Shown here one piece after another: positions 31,400-37,172 of a stretch of 37,172 bases of DNA; position 1 is the stretch's first letter, and the number at the start of each line of letters is the position of its first letter. Under the pieces are notes generated by a model, which saw only the letters and a program-made list of their open reading frames with translations, was not told the DNA's origin and made no database searches. The translations under genes and the position numbers were made by a program. This DNA is from Candidatus Micrarchaeota archaeon. Lineage in GTDB: Archaea; Micrarchaeota; Micrarchaeia; Micrarchaeales; Micrarchaeaceae. The stretch spans positions 1 to 37,172 of the forward strand of contig CAZCIA010000001.1 in assembly GCA_964498845.1 (NCBI GenBank), written 5' to 3'.

Positions 31400-33709
31400 A
31401 TGATAACGGAGATAGAGCTCCGCAACTGGAAGACCCACGGCCATACAAAGCTGGCATTCCAGAAGGGGGTCAACGTCCTTATAGGCATAATGGGATCTGG
31501 AAAGAGCTCGGTAATTGAGGCCATATCCTTCGCCCTCTTTGGGACATTCCCCTCGGTTAAGCAGAGGCGCACCAAGCTGGAGAACATGATAAAGAGCAGG
31601 CCGTCAGCCGAGAGCGAAGCTGAGGTCAGGCTCTCTTTCATTGTCGGGAAGGACCACTACACCGTTACAAGAAAGATAACCGCTGCTGGAGCTACCGCTG
31701 CAAGGCTAGACAAGAACGGGTCGCACCTGCAGTCGCAGCCAGTGCGCGTGAACGAGGAGATAGCCAGCATCCTAAAGGTCGATTACGACACCTTCGCAAG
31801 GGCCATCTATTCTGAGCAGAACGGGATGGAGTACTTCCTGGGCATAGCGAAGGGCGACAGGAAGAAGCAGATAGACGGCATGCTGGGGCTTGATCAGTTC
31901 GCCACAGCAGAGGAGAACTGCACATCACTGATAAACAGCATAAAGACCGTGGCATCTGGCGAAGAGAGTGTCCTGGCGGGGATGGACGTCGCATCATTAA
32001 CAAAGCAGCTGGAGAGGGCGGCATCAGAAAAAGACGCATCGCTGAAAGAGATCGCCGCTCTGAAGAAAAGCGAGGCCTTTGCCAAGACCGAGCTGAAGGA
32101 GCTAGAAGACGCCATGGCAGGGCTGCGTCAGCAATACAGGAAGAGGGACGAGCTGCTGAAGAAAGCTGCTGAATTATCAGGAAAGGTGCAGCTGCTAAGA
32201 GATGAGGTGGAAAAGATAAATGCAAAGACTAGCGGCTTGATGGAAACGGCAGCGTCGAACGTGCTTGCTGCGCAGCTGGCAAAGGAAAAGGAAGCCAAGG
32301 ATGCGATAGAGAGCGCGGAAAAGGTTACGAAGACACTTACAAAGGAGGTCGCCGACCTGCAGGCAGCCATAAAGAACGATGAGAGAAGGCTTGCCGAGAA
32401 GGCCAAGCTGGAGGCCCAAGCGAACCTCGGCGACCTTGCAGCTCTTGAGAAGGAGCTTGCAAAAGAAACGGGATCGCTCAACATCTTGATCGATAAGGTG
32501 GCGCTTGACAGGAGCAGGCTCTCCGATATCAATACTTCACTAAAGGAGCTGGAGAAGCACCTTGCAAAGTGCCCGGTATGCGAGAGGGAGCTTGGCGCAG
32601 AGATGAGCGAGAGGCTGATAGCCGCAAAGCGAGCGGCAGCTGGCGCCTTACAGCTGGAAGCGGCGCAGAACGACAAGCTGGCGGGGGAGAAAAGGTCTGC
32701 CATAAAAAGGATCAGCGAGGAGGTCGGCGCCCTTTCGCTGGCAAAGAGCAGGCTGAAGGATTATGCTGGTGTGGAGGAGGTGCTGCAAAGGAATAGGGAC
32801 CCACTCAAAGCGCTGGCAAAGAGCATGGAGGACTCTGCAAACATGCTGGCGGACAGAAGGCTAGAGCTTGACAAGCTAAAAGAGAGGACCCAGGAAACAA
32901 GAACACTCTTGGAGCTGTACAAGAAAAAGGCAGAACACGAAAGGGACATAGAGAACTACTCAAAGCTTGTGGAGAACAACAGGCGCGAGTCCGATTCGAT
33001 TAAAGTTAGCCAGGGCGATATAGATTCTCTGCAAAGCAGCCTGACCGGGAAGAGCGCTGCGCTGGCAAAGACTACAGCAACAATATCCGGAATAGAGAAG
33101 CAGCTCGCCGGGCTAGATTCAAACATCACAAGCCTTGTGAAGCAGATAGACGGCATAAAGGAGATGCAGCAGAGGATAGAGAAGCGCAGGTCCATAGTCA
33201 AGAACCTGAACGTCTTTAAGGCATCGCTTGTAGAGACAGGGGCATTCCTGAGAAGCAGGCTCACGCAGTCGATAAACAGCCTGATGCAGAGCATCTGGCC
33301 GGAGCTTTACCCGTATGCAGATTACCAGGGCCTGCGGCTTAGCGCGAAGCCTGACGATTACCTGCTTGAAGCTAGCGTTCAGAACAACGGCACAAGCGAC
33401 TGGGTGCAGGTCGATGCTGTTGCAAGCGGCGGTGAGCGCAGCATGGCCTGCCTGACGATGAGGATTGCAATGTCTATGGTGGTTGTCCCGAACCTGAGAT
33501 GGCTCATACTTGACGAACCGACGCACAACATAGATGCAAGTGGCATATCGAGGCTGATAGGCGTGCTCGGCGATGCGCTGCCCAAGGTGGTAGAACAGGT
33601 ATTCATCATAACCCATGATGACAACCTGAAGCAGATAACATCAGCTAAGATCTACCAATTGGACCGTGATAAAGGGGCAGCCGGCTCTACAGAGGTGTCA
33701 GAACTGTAG
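31400..33709 (+). CDS. rad50: Rad50-type SMC-like ATPase with CxxC zinc hook
   Basis: Walker A GIMGSGKSS; long coiled coils with a central hook CPVCEREL; signature SGGERSMACL; Walker B WLILDEPT; H-loop IITHDD. TTTTTATAA lies about 30 nt upstream. Confidence 0.8.
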   Translation: MITEIELRNWKTHGHTKLAFQKGVNVLIGIMGSGKSSVIEAISFALFGTFPSVKQRRTKLENMIKSRPSAESEAEVRLSFIVGKDHYTVTRKITAAGATAARLDKNGSHLQSQPVRVNEEIASILKVDYDTFARAIYSEQNGMEYFLGIAKGDRKKQIDGMLGLDQFATAEENCTSLINSIKTVASGEESVLAGMDVASLTKQLERAASEKDASLKEIAALKKSEAFAKTELKELEDAMAGLRQQYRKRDELLKKAAELSGKVQLLRDEVEKINAKTSGLMETAASNVLAAQLAKEKEAKDAIESAEKVTKTLTKEVADLQAAIKNDERRLAEKAKLEAQANLGDLAALEKELAKETGSLNILIDKVALDRSRLSDINTSLKELEKHLAKCPVCERELGAEMSERLIAAKRAAAGALQLEAAQNDKLAGEKRSAIKRISEEVGALSLAKSRLKDYAGVEEVLQRNRDPLKALAKSMEDSANMLADRRLELDKLKERTQETRTLLELYKKKAEHERDIENYSKLVENNRRESDSIKVSQGDIDSLQSSLTGKSAALAKTTATISGIEKQLAGLDSNITSLVKQIDGIKEMQQRIEKRRSIVKNLNVFKASLVETGAFLRSRLTQSINSLMQSIWPELYPYADYQGLRLSAKPDDYLLEASVQNNGTSDWVQVDAVASGGERSMACLTMRIAMSMVVVPNLRWLILDEPTHNIDASGISRLIGVLGDALPKVVEQVFIITHDDNLKQITSAKIYQLDRDKGAAGSTEVSEL

Positions 33710-34744
33710 GCTTCCAAGCCCGTAATCCTCCTTGCCTTCATCCTTGTTGCTTCCCATTATGGATTCGCTCTTTACCCCTGTGAATATTGCAATCACTTCG
33801 ATCTTGCCGTTGTACGCCGGGTCTATCCTCGCGCCCCATACGACGCTTGCTGTGGGCGATGACACATCAGAGAGCCTTCTCCCTACCTCGTTGGCCTCGC
33901 CAAGCGTCATGTCCTCTCCTCCAGTTATGTGGAGCAGCACGCTTGTCGCGTTCTCGTAATCCACATCAAGCAGCTTGTTCTTCAGCGTGTCTGCAACAAC
34001 GTCCTCGACCTTGTTCGTGCCTTTGCCTTCCCCCACGCTTATCATCGCAAGGCCGCCGCTGCTCATGACATTCCTAACATCTGCATAATCCAGGTTTATC
34101 AGGCTTGGAGTGTTTATTGTTTCCGTTATCCCTTTCACTGCTCTTGATGCCACCTCATCAGCTATCTTGAAAGCCTGTTCCATAGCTACGTTCGGATAAA
34201 GATCAACGAGCCTCTGGTTGTCTATCACTATAAGCGTGTCTATGTTATGCCTCAACTCCTCTATGCCCTTCCTTGCAACATCTATCCTCACGCGTTCTAG
34301 CGAGAACGGGTACGTGACTATGCCTATTACAACTGCACCGGCCTTCTTTGCTATCTCTGCAACAACTGGCGATGCGCCAGTTCCTGTTCCGCCGCCCATG
34401 CCTGCCGTAATAAACACAAGGTTGTAATCCTGCAGTGCGCTCTCGAGCTCGTTCCTTGAATACTGTGCCGCACGATTTGCCACCTCTGGAAATCCTCCTG
34501 CACCTAGCCCTCTTGTAAGCGCTCCTCCTATGAGTATCCTACGTATGTTCGCATCAAGCGTGTTGAGGTGCTTGCCGTCAGTGTTGATGGCTATCAGGCT
34601 TGCTCCCCTCACTCCCATCTTGCTTATCCTCTGTATGGTGTTGCTGCCGCCGCCTCCTATGCCGCATACGGCTATGCGCGCCCTGAATAGCTCTTCATCG
34701 GCTGCGGCTGCTGAAGGGCTCAGTGCGGTGTCAACAAGATCCAT
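33698..34744 (-). CDS. ftsZ: FtsZ cell division GTPase, paralog C
   Basis: GIGGGGSNTIQRI; GLGAGGFPEVANRAA; AGMGGGTGTGASPVVAEIAKK; T7 SLINLDYADVRNVM. The C-terminal peptide is EDYGLGSLQF. The 3' end overlaps rad50 by 12 nt. Confidence 0.9.
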   Translation of the reverse strand: MDLVDTALSPSAAAADEELFRARIAVCGIGGGGSNTIQRISKMGVRGASLIAINTDGKHLNTLDANIRRILIGGALTRGLGAGGFPEVANRAAQYSRNELESALQDYNLVFITAGMGGGTGTGASPVVAEIAKKAGAVVIGIVTYPFSLERVRIDVARKGIEELRHNIDTLIVIDNQRLVDLYPNVAMEQAFKIADEVASRAVKGITETINTPSLINLDYADVRNVMSSGGLAMISVGEGKGTNKVEDVVADTLKNKLLDVDYENATSVLLHITGGEDMTLGEANEVGRRLSDVSSPTASVVWGARIDPAYNGKIEVIAIFTGVKSESIMGSNKDEGKEDYGLGSLQF

Positions 34745-34845
34745 TCCAGCACACTGACGAATCTCAAGGAAGTTATAAATATATTCTGTAGTCAGTCGTT
34801 AGAATGATAGGTTAAACATAATGGGCACACTTAGCTACCAGTAGC

Positions 34846-34856
34846 ATTTTTATAGC
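34846..34856 (+). promoter_or_regulatory. TATA box upstream of rpl10e
   Basis: ATTTTTATAGC lies about 55 nt upstream of ATG 34910. A GGTTA-N4-ATG sits at the start codon. Confidence 0.45.
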
Positions 34857-34909
34857 TTATCGCACAGATTACTACTACTTCGTTAACTGATCCTGATGAA
34901 GGTTATTAT

Positions 34910-35452
34910 ATGGCTAGACTAAGGCCGGCAAGGACGTGCAGGACTCCAAATTCGCAAGCCTGGGCTAGGTACTCCCTCAGGAAACCTCGCAAGAATTATG
35001 TGCGGGCGCTCCCGCACTCCAGCCTCACTGTGTTCAAGACAGGTGTGGAGAGCGCCAGCTACGACATTGCTGTCACGCTTGACTGCAACCGGCTCATACA
35101 GCTGAGATCAAATGCGCTCGAATCGGCAAGGATAGCAGCTGGGAAGTTCCTAGAGGCGAACATACCAGGAGAGTACTGGTTCACGCTGAGCGTTTACCCT
35201 CATAACGTGATAAGGGAGCACAAGATGGCAACAGGTGCAGGCGCAGACAGAATATCGCAGGGCATGAACCTTGCTTTCGGGAAGCCGGTATCTGTCGCTG
35301 CTAGGATAAGGCCTGGCCAGTCGGTCTTCCTGATAAAGATAACAGGGGCAAACGTTGACATTGCTAGGAGGGCTCTCAAGAGGGCGATGTCGAAGCTGTC
35401 TGGCAGCTACAGGATAGTGACGAAGCCTATAGAGAGGCCAGCGGCTGCGTAG
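34910..35452 (+). CDS. rpl10e: 50S ribosomal protein L10e (uL16)
   Basis: MARLRPARTCRTPNSQAWARYSLRKPRKNYVRALP... and the 180-aa length are characteristic of L10e. Confidence 0.9.
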   Translation: MARLRPARTCRTPNSQAWARYSLRKPRKNYVRALPHSSLTVFKTGVESASYDIAVTLDCNRLIQLRSNALESARIAAGKFLEANIPGEYWFTLSVYPHNVIREHKMATGAGADRISQGMNLAFGKPVSVAARIRPGQSVFLIKITGANVDIARRALKRAMSKLSGSYRIVTKPIERPAAA

Positions 35453-35459
35453 TGTTTTA

Positions 35460-36389
35460 ATGCGACTACTTTTGCAGTTCCCCGAGGGACTGAAGCAGCA
35501 AGCGCTAGCGTATGCGAAGGATCTTGAGAAGAGCGGCGACGAGGTATTCGTTTCTGCGTCTCCGACATTCGGCGCTTGCGACCTTGCGTTGGATGAGGCG
35601 CGCAGCATCAATGCCGATAAGCTGATACACTTCGGCCACGCCGAGTTCCAACATATCGACTTCAATGTGGAGTACGTTGATTTCAAGGTAGATGCACCGT
35701 TAGGCATACTTGATGATTCATTGAAGCACCTGATTGGCTACAGGACCATCGGCCTTGTCACAACCATACAGCATGTGCACCAGCTCGGCTCGATAAAGGA
35801 ATTCTATGAGAGCAACGGCAAGCACGTCCTGATTGGGAAGCCTTACGGGTTCGCGAAGCAGAGAGGCCAGATACTTGGTTGCGATGTTGGAAGCGCCGCC
35901 ACAATAGACAGGGAGGTGGATGCGTTCGTCTATTTCGGCGGGGGGATGTTCCATCCGCTTGGCGCTCTCCTCAACACTACCAAACCTTTTCTGGTAGTAG
36001 AGCCATTCGCAAACAAGGTGGAGCTAATTGACAATTACAGGAAGATTTACAAGGGTAGGAGCAGGGGCAAGATACTGAAGGCTGTAAATGCGAAGAGCTT
36101 CGGAATACTCCTTACAACAAAGAACGGACAGCACAACGAGAGCCTTGCAAGGATACTGAAGCAGAGGATAGAGAGGGATGGCCTATCCGCATGCATACTC
36201 ACATCAAGCACTTTCGATTTCACTTCGCTTGAGAACATGCGCGAGTTCGATGCATTTGTCAACACAGCGTGCCCAAGGATAGCGATAGACGATACCGACA
36301 GGATAAGCAAACCCCTCCTGAGCGCGAACGAGCTCATGGATGTGCTCAGGATGAAGAAGGAACTCGCCGAGCTGAGGGCAAAAAATTAA
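35460..36389 (+). CDS. dph2: Diphthamide biosynthesis protein Dph2 (2-(3-amino-3-carboxypropyl)histidine synthase)
   Basis: LQFPEGLK...SASPTFGACDL...HFGHAEF...ILGCDV...NTACPRIAIDD gives three conserved Cys contexts of the radical-SAM Dph2 family. Confidence 0.8.
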   Translation: MRLLLQFPEGLKQQALAYAKDLEKSGDEVFVSASPTFGACDLALDEARSINADKLIHFGHAEFQHIDFNVEYVDFKVDAPLGILDDSLKHLIGYRTIGLVTTIQHVHQLGSIKEFYESNGKHVLIGKPYGFAKQRGQILGCDVGSAATIDREVDAFVYFGGGMFHPLGALLNTTKPFLVVEPFANKVELIDNYRKIYKGRSRGKILKAVNAKSFGILLTTKNGQHNESLARILKQRIERDGLSACILTSSTFDFTSLENMREFDAFVNTACPRIAIDDTDRISKPLLSANELMDVLRMKKELAELRAKN

Positions 36390-36439
36390 GCCGCGCGGCT
36401 CGCACTGCTCCTGAAAAAGAAAAAGAAGGAAATGGCGGA

Positions 36440-36982
36440 TTAGGTACCCTTCAGCGTTACCGTTGCTATCTGGGTCCACTGGATTCCTGTTACACCGCTC
36501 GCCTGGTATGCTACCCATAACGCGCCGCTTATTGAAGCCCCTACTGTAGAGGGCATTGCCGTGCATGTCACAACGCCAGTGCTTGCAACTGCGCTTGCTG
36601 TGGATGCATAGCCGGTGAACGTTGCAATGAATGTCTGGCCGCTTGAGAGCCCGCCAGAGTTTGACTGGACGCATGTGCCGGTTATCGTGTTGCTGACCGC
36701 TACTGGGCTCCCGCCTCCGCTTATGAACACCGCGTTAACTGTTGTCCACGATGTGCCTGTTGCCTGCCCAAGCGTCACGATAAAGTTGCCTGCGTACAAG
36801 CTAGGGCTTGAGCAGAAGTAGCCAGATGCTGGTATGCATGTGGTTCCTATGAAGGAGCTGCTGCTGAAGACTCCCAATGAGAACAGCGCCCCGAGAACGA
36901 TTGCTATGATGAGTATGGCCCAGCCATACGTCATCAGGTACTCCATGGCGCTTTGCGCCTTAAGTCTCCCTTTGAATGACAT
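36440..36982 (-). CDS. Archaeal type IV pilin-like protein (class III signal peptide, DUF361-type)
   Basis: MSFKGRLKA|QSAMEYLMTYGWAILIIAIVLGALFSLGVF is the canonical QSAxEYLxTYGWAIL prepilin N-terminus. A Gly/Ser/Thr-rich beta domain follows. Confidence 0.8.
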   Translation of the reverse strand: MSFKGRLKAQSAMEYLMTYGWAILIIAIVLGALFSLGVFSSSSFIGTTCIPASGYFCSSPSLYAGNFIVTLGQATGTSWTTVNAVFISGGGSPVAVSNTITGTCVQSNSGGLSSGQTFIATFTGYASTASAVASTGVVTCTAMPSTVGASISGALWVAYQASGVTGIQWTQIATVTLKGT

Positions 36983-37015
36983 TATTACACCTTACTCTAG
37001 ATAAGCAATAGGCAC

Positions 37016-37025
37016 GTATAAAAAG
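37016..37025 (-). promoter_or_regulatory. TATA box for the pilin-like gene
   Basis: The minus strand CTTTTTATAC lies 34-43 nt upstream of ATG 36982, and GGTGT-N4-ATG sits at the start. Confidence 0.45.
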
Positions 37026-37172
37026 CTTTCTCTGAAGCGGAAGCAAGTTGCATTTGCATTTTTCTTGGCAACCTAATTTAACAACGTGAGCGGGAGATCC
37101 CACACGCTTTAGCGGTAGGATGAAAGCGAACCGCAGCGATAAACATTCGCCCCACTTTTCCATCAGGGGCAT

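Noticed and set aside
36960-37172. A 70-aa minus-strand ORF at the right edge, together with short GC-rich hairpins (GCCCC..GGGGC at ~37151-37170, GCGGT..ACCGC at ~37112-37134, GGGAGATCCC at ~37093) that might belong to a structured RNA.
   Set aside because: The ORF overlaps the pilin promoter and has Cys/Arg/Leu-rich non-protein-like composition. The hairpins are short, and I could not match them to tRNA, SRP RNA, RNase P or C/D-box conserved motifs. The element is also cut by the window edge, so nothing can be supported.
1-37172. CRISPR arrays, rRNA genes, IS elements or transposase genes, and long direct or inverted repeats.
   Set aside because: None was seen on reading the sequence. The only repeated nucleotide strings noted are promoter-type motifs (TTTTTATAGCTTAT twice), GGTGA ribosome-binding sites, and the tRNA T-arm remnant.

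Overview
The window is a gene-dense archaeal chromosomal segment: about 45 genes in 37 kb, with many abutting or overlapping genes. Archaeal identity rests on the information-processing set: fibrillarin, Rpo7/Spt4, aIF5A, aEF-1beta, MCM, Rad50, Dph2, and ribosomal proteins S24e, S27ae, S8e and L10e. It is also supported by class III (archaeal type IV pilin) signal peptides and TTTTTATA-type promoters. AGG/ATA-rich codon usage and many N-x-S/T-rich membrane-anchored proteins suggest a small-genome DPANN (Micrarchaeota-like) or Thermoplasmata-like lineage. I cannot confirm that without a database search. All family calls come from motif recognition in my own reading and translation; no HMM or BLAST was run.

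Layout from left to right:
- An integrase fragment sits next to tRNA-Asn, marking the edge of a probable integrated element.
- A surface and signalling island follows. It holds surface glycoproteins, a pilin-like gene co-transcribed with a wHTH-REC-GGDEF-like response regulator, and a soluble GAF-PAS histidine kinase.
- A housekeeping block follows: flpA, GluRS, FKBP, rpo7-spt4, SepF, then two tandem ftsZ genes fused into an aIF5A-S24e-S27ae string, then argF, S8e and a split MetRS.
- Next come MCM with a presenilin-like protease and a secreted Lon-like protease.
- The right end holds Zn-ribbon, aEF-1beta, an orphan rad50 overlapping a third ftsZ, L10e, dph2 and a second pilin-like gene.

Most interesting observations:
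1. A receiver protein with an NGDEF palm (GGDEF-like) output domain is in an operon with a pilin, in an archaeon.
2. Three ftsZ paralogs plus sepF lie within 19 kb, and one paralog has a deviant tubulin signature.
3. Convergent gene pairs abut at palindromic stop-stop junctions (TGATCA twice, TAGCTA, TAATTA, TAATATTA).
4. A fixed GGTGA-N4-start motif implies a CTG start for MetRS, which has no canonical start codon.

Three genes are absent from the supplied ORF track: the integrase fragment, S27ae and the Zn-ribbon protein. No CRISPR array, rRNA or transposon was seen.
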